Positions 29,807 through 39,831 of a stretch of 64,000 nucleotides of DNA are shown here, in pieces. Position 1 is the first letter of the stretch, and every line of letters begins with the position of its first letter. A model generated the notes under the pieces. That model was not told where the DNA came from and ran no database searches. It saw only the letters and a program-made list of their open reading frames with translations. This stretch comes from an uncultured Spirochaetota bacterium (GTDB lineage: Bacteria; Spirochaetota; UBA4802; UBA5550): NCBI GenBank assembly GCA_963827275.1, contig CAWHAA010000008.1, forward strand, positions 1-64,000, read 5' to 3'. A program made the translations under genes and the position numbers.

Positions 29807-31993
29807 TCAGAGCGATGACGTGTTGATGATAAGGCGCACCGCGTTTTCGTCCATCATCAGCTTCCGCGATATCTGGTCCGAAGACCACCCCTTGTTCGAA
29901 AGCTCCCGGACCGTCTTTATAACATTTTCATTCATGTTCTTCGGGGCGGCGGCGCCCCCCTTGACCTGCTTGAGGATCGGGTTGTTGTTGTCAACCGCCT
30001 GGATGAAGTCCGCAAACTGACGCATCTTCATGTCGGTCTGGGTGAAGAGCTCCTGGAGGCGGTTGTCGGTGGAGTTGATCTCGCTTCGCAGCGCGTCCAC
30101 CTTGTTGAACATCGCCTGTATCTGCTTCACCCGCGCCTCCATGATCTCAGAGAGGCCGTCCAGCTCGCTGAACTTGTCCTTGATCTCCTTGATGTCGCTT
30201 TCACGCGTCTTCAGGATGAGCAGGTTTTCCTCCACGCCGCGGAGGTGCTGCGTGATCTTGTCAACCCGCCGCTCGGAACGCTCCACCACCTTCTGGTGCG
30301 CGTTTATCTTGCCCTCGACCGACTGTATCAGGATGTCTGCCCTGTTCACCGAATCGAGGTTCCGGGTGATGACGTCCTCGTACTCATGCAGCTCCCTGAT
30401 CCTGGCCTCGATGCCGGCGTAGCTCTCGACCAGCGCGTCGATGCGCGAGCTGACCGCGTCGATCTTGGAGAACTGGTCCTGGCAGCACCCGGCCTTTTCC
30501 ATGGCCGCGTCGCTCATCTCCTGGAGGGCGCGGATCTCGCTTTCGATGTCCGCCAGCTTCTCTTTCTTGTTCTGGTAGGACCTGATCTCCCGGTCGAATT
30601 CCTTTGTCAGCTCCTTTACGTACTCTATGTCGGAGAAGAATTTCTCGATATGCTCGGCTTCCTTCTGCGAGTCAAGGAGCATCTGGTTCAAACGCTCGAT
30701 CGCCTGGTTCACGTCGCGCATCAGGGTGTCCGTCTTCGTGAAAATCTTGCTCTCGTCCTCGTAGTTCAGTATCTCCGCCTTCATGTCGGTCAGGCGCTTG
30801 TCCATGGCGGCGATCTCTTCTTTTACCTGTTCGCCGTTTTTGCTGATCTCCTCGGTCTTCGCTTCAGCGAGGCTCATGATCCTGGTCTCGAATTCCTGAA
30901 AGCGGCCTTCGAAATTATCTATCTCTTTTTTCACGCTCTCCGCCTCGCGGCGGGAGGCCTGGACGATTTCATCACGCTTGGAAATGGCGTGGATGCTCAG
31001 GTTGTCCAGCTCGCTGCGTACCTTGTCCACCTCCAGCTCGAATGTCTTGATCAGGCGGGACTTCGAGTCGTTTACATTCGCCTCGACCGAGCTGAGCTTG
31101 TTGTAGAGCTTGTCGATCTCGTTCGTTTCAAAGGAATTCAGCCTGTCGCCCAGCGCGTCCAGGGAGCTCCTGATCTCGCTTTCCACCCCGGCACTCCGTT
31201 CGCGTATGTCGGAGAATATCTTTCCTTCGAGGTCGGCCATGTTCAGCTTCAGCACCTCGATCTGGTTCTGGAGGTTCGAGGCGCCCTCGACTGACTTGGC
31301 GACACCTTCGATGCGCATCTTGAAGTTCTGGAGCAGTATCTCGCCGGTGTCGGTGACGCGCTGGTCCAGGTCGGTGAGCGCACGCTCGAAGGTCCCGGTC
31401 AGATCGGCAAGCTTCTGCCTGCTGCCTTCCACCAGCAGCTCTTCACGGTTGTCGATCGTTTCGCGGAGCTTGTTTATCTGGTCGGTGAAATCAGCGGTGA
31501 GCTCACGCGATTTTTCCTTGAGGCGGTTGTTGAAGTTCTGCAGAATTTCCATGCTCTCGGTTTTCAGGGACTTGATCGATTCCTTCATGAAGGTCATGTT
31601 GCCGGCGAGTTCGGTAAACCCTTCTTTCGCCCCGGCGATGAATTCGATCTGCTTGTTCACGTCGCGCGCCGACTGGGATATCACGCGGATATCGTCCTCG
31701 ACTTTTTTCAGGTTGGTTTTCTCTATATCGAGCCCCTGGAGCCTGTCCTCAATCTCCTTGATCGACACGGTTATGTTTTTCGCCAGGGCCGTCGATCGCT
31801 TGATCATTATATCCATCTCAATGGTGGCATCGTTAAAGCGGCGGTTCTCGGTCTCCGCGAGCTTTTTGAATTCATCAAAGAGTCGCGATGAATATCTCCT
31901 CAGCTTTGCCATTTTCATGTTCGTCCGGTCCAGCTTCCTGAAAAGGATAAGCATTCCGAGACAGACCACGCAGGTTATGATGTTAACGATCAT
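29807..31993 (-). CDS. Membrane-anchored coiled-coil protein (spirochete SpiroCoCo-like) with C-terminal HTH-like motif
   Basis: N-terminal TM helix followed by RKLDRTN..MAKLRRYS, long heptad repeats, and C-terminal LSNKGWSSDQISRKLMMDENAVRLII. Confidence 0.75.
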   Translation of the reverse strand: MIVNIITCVVCLGMLILFRKLDRTNMKMAKLRRYSSRLFDEFKKLAETENRRFNDATIEMDIMIKRSTALAKNITVSIKEIEDRLQGLDIEKTNLKKVEDDIRVISQSARDVNKQIEFIAGAKEGFTELAGNMTFMKESIKSLKTESMEILQNFNNRLKEKSRELTADFTDQINKLRETIDNREELLVEGSRQKLADLTGTFERALTDLDQRVTDTGEILLQNFKMRIEGVAKSVEGASNLQNQIEVLKLNMADLEGKIFSDIRERSAGVESEIRSSLDALGDRLNSFETNEIDKLYNKLSSVEANVNDSKSRLIKTFELEVDKVRSELDNLSIHAISKRDEIVQASRREAESVKKEIDNFEGRFQEFETRIMSLAEAKTEEISKNGEQVKEEIAAMDKRLTDMKAEILNYEDESKIFTKTDTLMRDVNQAIERLNQMLLDSQKEAEHIEKFFSDIEYVKELTKEFDREIRSYQNKKEKLADIESEIRALQEMSDAAMEKAGCCQDQFSKIDAVSSRIDALVESYAGIEARIRELHEYEDVITRNLDSVNRADILIQSVEGKINAHQKVVERSERRVDKITQHLRGVEENLLILKTRESDIKEIKDKFSELDGLSEIMEARVKQIQAMFNKVDALRSEINSTDNRLQELFTQTDMKMRQFADFIQAVDNNNPILKQVKGGAAAPKNMNENVIKTVRELSNKGWSSDQISRKLMMDENAVRLIINTSSL

Positions 31994-32181
31994 GGTGATA
32001 ACTCCGATGTAAAAAATCGTCTTATTTGAATAAAAATATACACTGGAAGTTTTTTGTCAATCCTAATTTTATGTCTCATTAGAAAGTAGTAATATTGTGC
32101 GCAGGCGGGAGTGCGCGCGGCAAGGCCGCGGAACTGATGCGTCCGGTGCGCACTGCCGGGCCAGTTTTTTTATTAATCTTA

Positions 32182-32208
32182 TTGACAAAAATCGATTCTT
32201 TTTAAAAT
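32182..32208 (+). promoter_or_regulatory. Candidate sigma70 promoter for the rpmH operon
   Basis: TTGACA-N15-TAAAAT in an AT-rich context; the spacer is short. Confidence 0.4.
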
Positions 32209-32288
32209 AGTACATTCACTCTTTTCTGACCATGTTTCTGTTTTTAATCAGGAATGTAACTGACGTTTATATATACGAGGTAATGCAC

Positions 32289-32447
32289 ATGAAGAGGACA
32301 TTTCAACCAAGCACAGTAAAAAAGTACAGGACCCATGGCTTCCGGGAGCGTATGAGCACCGCGGAAGGCAGAAAGGTCCTGAGCAGGAGAAGGAGAAAAG
32401 GGCGGTACAAGTTAACCGTGTCCGATGAGCGGAGATTACCCAAGTAA
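32289..32447 (+). CDS. rpmH: 50S ribosomal protein L34
   Basis: MKRTFQPS...[32 protein letters not shown]. Confidence 0.97.
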   Translation: MKRTFQPSTVKKYRTHGFRERMSTAEGRKVLSRRRRKGRYKLTVSDERRLPK

Positions 32448-32455
32448 TTGTTATC

Positions 32456-32851
32456 GTGAAACATATCTATTCTTTAAAGGGAAGGAATTTATTTAAGGAA
32501 GTTTATCAAAAGGGCAGGAGAACACAGGGGACGGGTATCCGGATATATACCCTGAAATATAACAACAGTGAATATGTAAAACCTGGCAATAGCATTCAAT
32601 CGTCGGAAAAAATAAAAAATATCAAAATCGCAATTGCTCTTACAAAATCATTCGGGAAAGCATATACAAGGAATCTGGCAAAAAGAAGAATACGCGCGAT
32701 CTGCACCGGACTGTTCAATGAATTACGTGAAGGGTTTTGCATAATAATCAGGATCGATAGCAGCTTCAGGGACCTGTCGTATGAGGATCAGAAACGGGTC
32801 GTTATATCGTTGTTTCAAAAAGCGGGATTATTGAATAGTGATGCGCATTAA
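32456..32851 (+). CDS. rnpA: Ribonuclease P protein component
   Basis: SLK....FKEVYQKG, K.FGKA..RN..KRRIR; canonical position after rpmH. Confidence 0.88.
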   Translation: MKHIYSLKGRNLFKEVYQKGRRTQGTGIRIYTLKYNNSEYVKPGNSIQSSEKIKNIKIAIALTKSFGKAYTRNLAKRRIRAICTGLFNELREGFCIIIRIDSSFRDLSYEDQKRVVISLFQKAGLLNSDAH

Positions 32852-33110
32852 TCAGTATAATATAACTATTGGCACTATATGTTCAACTATCATTATACTT
32901 ATAATTAATTGTTACCGTTATTTACTATCACCGATAGTACCGCGTTCATGTCGATTCTATCCATCCTGCTCGGCCTATGCGATTGGCGCAGTGAAAAAGC
33001 ACGGGCCCGTCAAAGGCTCGTATCTCGCGGCGCGGCGGATCGTTCGCTGCAATCCCTTCAATGAAGGCGGCGTTGACCCCGTGCCCGAAGCGTTCCACTT
33101 CTTTAAATAA
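32838..33110 (+). CDS. yidD: Membrane protein insertion efficiency factor YidD
   Basis: LLSP....CRFYPSCSAYA..A...HG..KG......RI.RCNPF..GG.DPVP. Confidence 0.95.
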   Translation: MMRINQYNITIGTICSTIIILIINCYRYLLSPIVPRSCRFYPSCSAYAIGAVKKHGPVKGSYLAARRIVRCNPFNEGGVDPVPEAFHFFK

Positions 33111-33227
33111 CATTCCATCCCGTTAAAGAATGCCGCGCGGGCCGTGTCATGTGTGCTGACAGGTGCCGTGCAAGCATGACATGCGATTATAATCGCATTC
33201 GTGAGATTATCACAAAGGAAAATGGCC

Positions 33228-34880
33228 ATGGATAAAAAAAGTTTAATTGCAATATTGCTCATCGGCGTGCTGTGGGGCGGGTATTTCATCATCTTCAAGC
33301 CGGACCAGCCGGTGAAAAAGCCCGCGGCAGTGACAACTGAAGCGGTGAATAATAAGGCGGCGGATAAAACCGCTAAAAGCCCTGTGCCGGTTACCATTAT
33401 GCCGATCAGCGCGGGCGGGACCGAAAAACAGATCACGGTGAAGACGAAAAAGTTCGCGTTTACGCTGTCCACGAAAGGCGCGGCCATCACCGCCTGTACC
33501 TATTTAGAGAGAAATATAGATCTCACCGTCGGGAAAAATCCCTTCGGCGCGAAGGGAACGCTTGATTTCGCGCTGCATTTTGACGACGACGAGTTCCTGG
33601 CGGGAAACAGCCTCGACCAGGTCCTCTGGATGTACCGCCAGGACGGGAACAATGTCATTTTTTTCAGCGATATACGGATGGGCAGGAATCCTGTCAGGAT
33701 CGAAAAAGCGTATATCTTCCCCGATGACGGGTTCGGGTTCAGGGTCGAGTACCGGATCAAGAATAACGGCGGGGACGCCGTCGCGTTCAAAAACGGGCAG
33801 GTCATATTCTCGCCCGGCGACCTTCTCGGTCCGGAGCTCGATTACACCAACACCTACAACAGGCTGCTGAGCGTCTACTCGGTAAACGGCAGCTTCGAGA
33901 AAGCGGACAAGGCCGGCGGCGGTTTCCTGGGGTGCGGCTCGTCTTCCGGCGGGGAGGCCTTGAAAAAAGAGGCCGGCACGATAAACTGGGCGGGGATCAT
34001 GAGCCGGTATTTTCTTGTCATCATGATACCTGAGAACGCCGCGGGCAAGGGCGTCGTCCACGACAACAGGAAACAGGCCGGCTTCCGTACCGGCATATAC
34101 ATGGACGCGGCGTCGCTCGCGCCCGGCAGGGAGATCAAGAGATCATTCAAGATATATCTGGGAGAAAAGGACAAGAAGATGCTCGCGGCCACGGACAAGT
34201 CGATCATCGACGCCGCCGACGTGAGCAAGTTGATTGAGCCGATACGGAATTTCGTGATCTGGTGCCTGATGGGGATCAACAAGTTTGTCGGCAACCTCGG
34301 CTGGGCCCTGGTGATTTTCTCGATTCTCACGAAGGTCGTGTTCATGCCGCTGACGATCAAGTCGACCGAGTCGATGAAAAAGATGCAGCAGCTCACGCCG
34401 AAGCTGAACGAGCTGAAGGTAAAATACAAGGACAAGCCGGACCAGTTGCAGAAGGAGATGATGAATCTCTACCGTGAGAACAAGGTGAATCCCATGGGCG
34501 GGTGTTTCCCGCTGCTGCTGCAGATGCCGTTTTTCTTTGCCCTGTACAGCGCCCTGATCGATTCAATTGACCTGTGGCGCGCGCCGTTCATCCTCTGGAT
34601 GAAAGACCTTTCAATGCCGGACACCGTCCTCACCGTGTCAGGGTTTGACCTGAACATACTGCCCATCATCATGACCGCGTCGACCTTTGTGCAGCAGAAA
34701 CTGACCACGGTGGATACCGGGGGACAGCAGAAAATCATGATGATGATGATGCCGCTGGTGTTCATCTTCATATTCTGGAGCATGCCGTCGGGCCTCGTTC
34801 TCTACTGGGCGCTGCAGAATATTTTCCAGATTGCCCAGCAGCTGTTCATCAATTACCGGTCAAAGGGTGAAAAAGCATGA
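33228..34880 (+). CDS. yidC: Membrane protein insertase YidC
   Basis: N-terminal TM helix, periplasmic domain, SMKKMQQL.P, NPMGGCFPLLLQMP, WMKDLSMPD, PSGLVLYW. Confidence 0.97.
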   Translation: MDKKSLIAILLIGVLWGGYFIIFKPDQPVKKPAAVTTEAVNNKAADKTAKSPVPVTIMPISAGGTEKQITVKTKKFAFTLSTKGAAITACTYLERNIDLTVGKNPFGAKGTLDFALHFDDDEFLAGNSLDQVLWMYRQDGNNVIFFSDIRMGRNPVRIEKAYIFPDDGFGFRVEYRIKNNGGDAVAFKNGQVIFSPGDLLGPELDYTNTYNRLLSVYSVNGSFEKADKAGGGFLGCGSSSGGEALKKEAGTINWAGIMSRYFLVIMIPENAAGKGVVHDNRKQAGFRTGIYMDAASLAPGREIKRSFKIYLGEKDKKMLAATDKSIIDAADVSKLIEPIRNFVIWCLMGINKFVGNLGWALVIFSILTKVVFMPLTIKSTESMKKMQQLTPKLNELKVKYKDKPDQLQKEMMNLYRENKVNPMGGCFPLLLQMPFFFALYSALIDSIDLWRAPFILWMKDLSMPDTVLTVSGFDLNILPIIMTASTFVQQKLTTVDTGGQQKIMMMMMPLVFIFIFWSMPSGLVLYWALQNIFQIAQQLFINYRSKGEKA

Positions 34881-34986
34881 CAGACCCGCGCGGCGCCCTT
34901 CGCCGGGGGGGCGGGGCGCATAATGCGCGGCATAATTGGATAAGGAATACATGATTCAGATCGTTGCTTAAACAAGGAGACCGATT

Positions 34987-35625
34987 ATGAAAGTTATAGA
35001 AGTTGAGGGAAGGACCGCAGACGACGCAACAAAAAAAGCTATTGCAGAATTGGGAATTACCGACGCCTCAAAGATCAAGATAGAGGTTATCGACGAAGGG
35101 AAGAGCGGCATCTTCGGTTTTGGCGTCTCCCGCCCGGCCAAGATCCGGCTGTACTATAATATCGATACGAAGGACATCGCGGACGCGATCAGGGAAGTAA
35201 TCGGAGAGATGTTCACAAGGATGCAGATAGACTGCACCATCGCTGATATCAAGGAAGGCGAATCGAAAGTATACATAGAGCTGGACAGCAAGACCAGCTC
35301 GGGCCTGATAATCGGCAGGAAGGGCAAGACCCTCGAGTCACTGCAGTTCATGGTGAACCTGATCGTCAACCACAAGACCGGGAGCGACAAGAAAATCATC
35401 CTTGATATCGAATCGTACCGCGCCAAGCGGGAGCGGGCGCTGCGCAAGATGTCCAAGGACATCGCGTTCAAGGTCATCAAGTCCGGGAAGCCCTGGACCC
35501 TGGAGCCCATGAACCCGTTCGAGCGGAGGCTGATCCACCTGACGCTGCAGAACGATGCGCGGGTGACCACCAAGAGCGAGGGACAGGGTATTTACCGGAA
35601 AGTGACCATCATGCCGAAACAGTGA
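34987..35625 (+). CDS. jag: Jag/EloR (KhpB) RNA-binding protein
   Basis: Jag_N (GKSGIFGFG), KH (IIGRKGKTLESLQ) and R3H (PMNPFERRLIH) motifs. Confidence 0.95.
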   Translation: MKVIEVEGRTADDATKKAIAELGITDASKIKIEVIDEGKSGIFGFGVSRPAKIRLYYNIDTKDIADAIREVIGEMFTRMQIDCTIADIKEGESKVYIELDSKTSSGLIIGRKGKTLESLQFMVNLIVNHKTGSDKKIILDIESYRAKRERALRKMSKDIAFKVIKSGKPWTLEPMNPFERRLIHLTLQNDARVTTKSEGQGIYRKVTIMPKQ

Positions 35626-35634
35626 CCGGGACGT

Positions 35635-36990
35635 ATGACAGACGATACCATCTGCGCACCCGCCTCACCCCCCGTTACCGCACCCATCGCAATCATCCGG
35701 ATCAGCGGCCCCGACGCCATGCGGGCCGCGAATTCCCTGTTCCCCGATTTCTCTGAATTCAAGCCGCGGCACGCCCATTACGGCACCATCGTGGATGACG
35801 GAACGCCGGTCGACGACGCGGTCGTCGTCTGCTACCCTTCGCCGCGGAGCTACACCGGCGAGGACATGGCGGAGATATTCTGCCACGGGAACCCGATCAT
35901 CGTGCAGCGTATCATCATGCTGCTGACCGGGCGGGGGGTGCGCCTCGCGGAGCCGGGCGAATTCACCCGGCGCGCGTTCCTGAACGGGAAGATGGACCTC
36001 ACCGAGGCCGAGGCGGTGAACCATATCATCACGGCAAAAAGCGAGTGGGAGATCGAGACCTCGCTCAGGCAGATGCACGGCTCGCTCAGGGACATCATCC
36101 GCGAGATACGGGCCCGGATAATCGAATTCAAGGCGGACATCGAGGCGGTCATAGATTTTTCCGAAGAGGAGATGGAATTCATAACGGCGGGCGCGGCGTC
36201 CGGGGCGGCGGCGCGGATACGGGCCTCGATCGAGGACCTCCTGGGAAGGTGCAGGACCGGGGAGCAGCTGAGCCACGGGATCGATATCGCCATTATCGGC
36301 AAGCCGAACGTGGGGAAATCGAGCGTGCTGAACCTGCTTCTTAACAGGGAGCGCGCCATCGTGTCCAGCATCCCCGGCACCACGAGGGACATCATTCGGG
36401 AGCCGTTCCAGATCGGGGGCATTCATGTCAACCTGGTCGATACGGCCGGCATCGACACGCCGGGGGACGAGATCGAGAGGATGGGGATCGACCTGAGCCA
36501 CCGCAAGATAGCCTCATCGCCCTTCATCATCATGGTCCTGGACGGCGCGGCCGGCATGGCCGGGGACGACCGCAGCATACTCGAGACAATACGCGGCAAG
36601 AAACGGGTCATCATCATCAACAAGAGCGATATAGCGCGGCCCGAAGACATACGCGCGATGCAGGAGGAGGCAGGAGAAGAGGCGATCCCCTTCTCCGCCC
36701 GTACCGGAGCGGGGCTTGCGGAGCTGACCGGGGCCGTGTCGCGCCGGATCAAAAAGGATTTCGTTACGCTGGAGCATTCGTTCATTGCCGATATGCGGGT
36801 CATCACCCTCCTGGAGCGGGCGCGTGTAAATGCCGCGCGGATCGGGGAACTGGTGAACGGGCATGGGCCGGCTGAAATTGTGGCGTTTGAGCTGCAGGCC
36901 CTCATGGACACGCTCGGCGAGATAACCGGCGAGATAACCCCGGATGACATCCTTGACTCGATTTTCAGCAGGTTTTGCATTGGCAAATGA
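35635..36990 (+). CDS. mnmE: tRNA modification GTPase MnmE
   Basis: DTICA, SYTGED, GEFTRRAFLNGK, GKPNVGKSS, GTTRD, DTAG, NKSD, IFSRFCIGK. Confidence 0.97.
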   Translation: MTDDTICAPASPPVTAPIAIIRISGPDAMRAANSLFPDFSEFKPRHAHYGTIVDDGTPVDDAVVVCYPSPRSYTGEDMAEIFCHGNPIIVQRIIMLLTGRGVRLAEPGEFTRRAFLNGKMDLTEAEAVNHIITAKSEWEIETSLRQMHGSLRDIIREIRARIIEFKADIEAVIDFSEEEMEFITAGAASGAAARIRASIEDLLGRCRTGEQLSHGIDIAIIGKPNVGKSSVLNLLLNRERAIVSSIPGTTRDIIREPFQIGGIHVNLVDTAGIDTPGDEIERMGIDLSHRKIASSPFIIMVLDGAAGMAGDDRSILETIRGKKRVIIINKSDIARPEDIRAMQEEAGEEAIPFSARTGAGLAELTGAVSRRIKKDFVTLEHSFIADMRVITLLERARVNAARIGELVNGHGPAEIVAFELQALMDTLGEITGEITPDDILDSIFSRFCIGK

Positions 36991-37126
36991 CGGATTTGAC
37001 CCTGAATGTAAAATGAATTTTTTATTGTCCAATCCTTACAATATAATTGACATTTTTATTTTAATGCATTTGTTTAATAAGGTAACGTAGTGCAGATTTT
37101 TTCATTATACCGTGCGGTCGGCTACT

Positions 37127-38914
37127 ATGGATAAGGACAGGTTAGATAAAACAAAGGACAACATCGGCGTTTCAAAGCTTGATGAGTCCACGAGAAAGAA
37201 GCTCTTCGAAAAATTCGTTGATGGCGGCGGACGTGTCATTGTCGAACGATCGAAGGGCCGGCGGCTTACCATCGACCGCGAAAAGCAGAAGCAGTTTCTA
37301 AAACATGTCGACCGCCATTCAACCAGGCAGGTCAAACGGGAGCGCCCCAGGCCGGAATCAACCCGCCGCGTCGCTGCTGCGAAGACGGCGGCCAGAGCTG
37401 AAAACAGGGCGATGGCGCTCTTCTTCGGCAGGCTGAAGCTGCGGTTCAAGCTGAAGCTGCTGGGAATCACCGGATTCAACGGGTATGCCTTTGACGGCCG
37501 CTTTTTCAGGAAATTCAACAACCACTACCGGCCGGCCCTCATGGAGCTGCAGATCATGTTTCTTGACATGTTCAAGAAAAACCTCTCCGTCGGATCAAGG
37601 ATCACCGACAAGCTCGACGAAATGAAGCCGCTCTACTATGAGCTCATCGAGATGGCAGGCAACCTGTTCGATAAAATGGAAGCCGACCAGGTCCTCGAAC
37701 AGTATATCAATTTCCCCGAGGTCCCGAAAAAGACGGCCGAATTGAAGGAGCAGGTCCTGTCATACTACAAAAAGCTGTATGTCCTCAGCCAGTATGAAAA
37801 TTCGATACTGACCGGGTTTGATCGCGCCATCGAGTTGTATTCTAAAATAGAAGAAAACCCGACCCAGTCGCGTTCCGCCATGAACCGGAGGATGAGGAAC
37901 GCGGTCTTCGTTCTCTTTCATAAGTTTTTCCCGCGTCTGCATCTTCTCTTCTGCCTGTACGATGGCAGGCTCCGCCCGATGTACGACCCGGATATTGAAA
38001 TGATGCTCGGGATTACAGAAGCTGATAAGCCGGGCAACCGCCAGCTCGCCAGGTATTTTGACGACATGGCCGTTGAGATGGAAGAGGAGGGTGGACAAAA
38101 GAGCGAAGAAAAAGAGGAGGTTGACGAGAACCGGCTGAAGATCATCAGGATAGGGCTCGAGATGATGGCGTCGCTCGACATGGCGAAGATGCGCATGCAT
38201 CACGACCGTCAGCGGCTCTTTGAAAACGTGAGCGACGCTGACAAGGTGTTCATCACCTATCTCCTGTTCAACGAGTTCGACTACGAGTATTCCTTCATCC
38301 TCACGACAAACAAGATAAAATTCAGGACGGATTTTGTCGCACGCACGAAGGTCGACTTCAGGGCGCGCCTCACCGACCTGTACGACAAGATGAGAAAGAG
38401 CACCGACATCCTGAGCGAGTACGCTGAGAACCTGGTTGATTATGAAAAATCAAGGCGCGAGAAGCCGACCGGGAGCTCCCAGTATATCGAATTCACCAAG
38501 CGGATGGAGTCGCTTGAGAAAAAGAAGAATGCCATCGGCAAGAGTGCGCGGGCTGTCGTGCGGGATTACATGCTGGAAATCGTCCAGGAACTGCAGGTGC
38601 TCCTCGATGACATGGACAGCCACCAGTTGTATATTGAAAATCCTCAAGAGGTGCTCACTTTTGATCCGCAGATTGAAGGCGAGAAGAAGATCAACGGGAA
38701 AAAGATCTACGAGGCGCTCTACCTCGTGTACTGCTACGCGTTCGCCTTCGCTTACCGGCTCAGCACGGGCGGCGACCTCTCGGGCGACCTGGAATTCAAC
38801 AAAGAGGAGCTGGAGCAGATGCGCCAGCAGTCAAAGGAGGCAGCTACCGCCACCGACCAGGCCGAAAAGAAGCCCGACAAGTCGGTCCTCGAAGAACTCG
38901 ATGACATGATTTGA
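37127..38914 (+). CDS. Large alpha-helical hypothetical protein (about 595 aa)
   Basis: Long ORF with host codon usage and its own TTGACA-containing AT-rich upstream region; no recognised catalytic motif. Confidence 0.8.
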   Translation: MDKDRLDKTKDNIGVSKLDESTRKKLFEKFVDGGGRVIVERSKGRRLTIDREKQKQFLKHVDRHSTRQVKRERPRPESTRRVAAAKTAARAENRAMALFFGRLKLRFKLKLLGITGFNGYAFDGRFFRKFNNHYRPALMELQIMFLDMFKKNLSVGSRITDKLDEMKPLYYELIEMAGNLFDKMEADQVLEQYINFPEVPKKTAELKEQVLSYYKKLYVLSQYENSILTGFDRAIELYSKIEENPTQSRSAMNRRMRNAVFVLFHKFFPRLHLLFCLYDGRLRPMYDPDIEMMLGITEADKPGNRQLARYFDDMAVEMEEEGGQKSEEKEEVDENRLKIIRIGLEMMASLDMAKMRMHHDRQRLFENVSDADKVFITYLLFNEFDYEYSFILTTNKIKFRTDFVARTKVDFRARLTDLYDKMRKSTDILSEYAENLVDYEKSRREKPTGSSQYIEFTKRMESLEKKKNAIGKSARAVVRDYMLEIVQELQVLLDDMDSHQLYIENPQEVLTFDPQIEGEKKINGKKIYEALYLVYCYAFAFAYRLSTGGDLSGDLEFNKEELEQMRQQSKEAATATDQAEKKPDKSVLEELDDMI

Positions 38915-38949
38915 GCAGCGCCTTTCCCGGCGCCGGCACGTTCCGCCCG

Positions 38950-39831
38950 CTACCGCTCCGCCCCCTTCCGCTGTTCCCTGAAAACGCCCATCTCCCTTTT
39001 CCTGCGCTCGAGAATTGCAGACGGCTCATCCCTGAGAAGCTCGTCCCGGTAGGGGACGGAACGGACGTTGCTTCTGAGCAGCGATAATTCTCCGGCCGCC
39101 AGGGGGAGTATGGCCCCGGTTTTTGAGGCCAGGGTCCCCTCCCGCTTGCCCCCGACGGAAGGCCCCCTGCCGACCATGAAGCCGGCCTCGATAAGCGCGC
39201 CGCGTACCTGGAGGGCGCTGGAATAGGTGGTCAGCACCGCGTCGTCTTTCATCACGCGCGACATCTCCCTGAAAAAATCAACCGACCAGAGCTCCGGGTT
39301 CCGTGAAGGGGAGAAGGGGTCGAAGAATACCGCGTCGAAATACCCGGAGGGGAGCGAACGCACTGACAGCCGGGCATCGCCGAACTTTACGTCAACGCGG
39401 GTCTGCCCGTGACGCACGGTGCCGTTCATGTACGCTTCCCGCACGAGGGAATAGGGGCCGTCCCGTCCGTCCGTAAAGCAGATGCTGCGAAGGGCGGGGA
39501 GGAGCGCCCTGTCCTTTTCGAAAGAGATGACGGAGATTCCGCCCGTATAACGCTGCTCATGTAAGGAAACAATGAGCGCAAGGATGTTGTATCCGAGCCC
39601 GAATCCGATATCAAGAACCGCAAGGCGGTCAGCCTGTTTTCCGAGCAGGCCGGAAGGACGTACATGCTTGAGAAGGGCTTCCTCGTAGGCGCCGGACAGA
39701 GAATGCATGTGCTCGTCGTATGCGGGAAGATAGAGGGTCTGGGATCCGTCCCCGGTCAGGACCAGCTGGTACACAGTGTCTGGTTGTTCCCCGCCCGCGG
39801 GCTGCTTTCCGCTGCTATCGTCCCGATTCAT
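38950..39831 (-). CDS. Stand-alone MnmC/MnmD-type tRNA mnm5s2U methyltransferase
   Basis: TGDGSQTL...YDEHMHS..GA..EA, LDIGFGLGYN, FDPFSP..NPELW, LTTYS, GGKRE. Confidence 0.85.
   Translation of the reverse strand: MNRDDSSGKQPAGGEQPDTVYQLVLTGDGSQTLYLPAYDEHMHSLSGAYEEALLKHVRPSGLLGKQADRLAVLDIGFGLGYNILALIVSLHEQRYTGGISVISFEKDRALLPALRSICFTDGRDGPYSLVREAYMNGTVRHGQTRVDVKFGDARLSVRSLPSGYFDAVFFDPFSPSRNPELWSVDFFREMSRVMKDDAVLTTYSSALQVRGALIEAGFMVGRGPSVGGKREGTLASKTGAILPLAAGELSLLRSNVRSVPYRDELLRDEPSAILERRKREMGVFREQRKGAER

Noticed and set aside
30245..32012. 349-aa and 300-aa plus-strand ORFs
   Set aside because: Antisense to the coiled-coil gene; their Leu/Ser-rich composition mirrors Glu/Lys codons.
31994..32288. 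oriC upstream of rpmH
   Set aside because: No dnaA and no DnaA-box cluster seen; the AT-richness is explained by two divergent promoters.
32200..33110. AT-rich rnpA/yidD segment as foreign DNA
   Set aside because: Core genes in canonical order; a local AT bias at these genes is not evidence of transfer.
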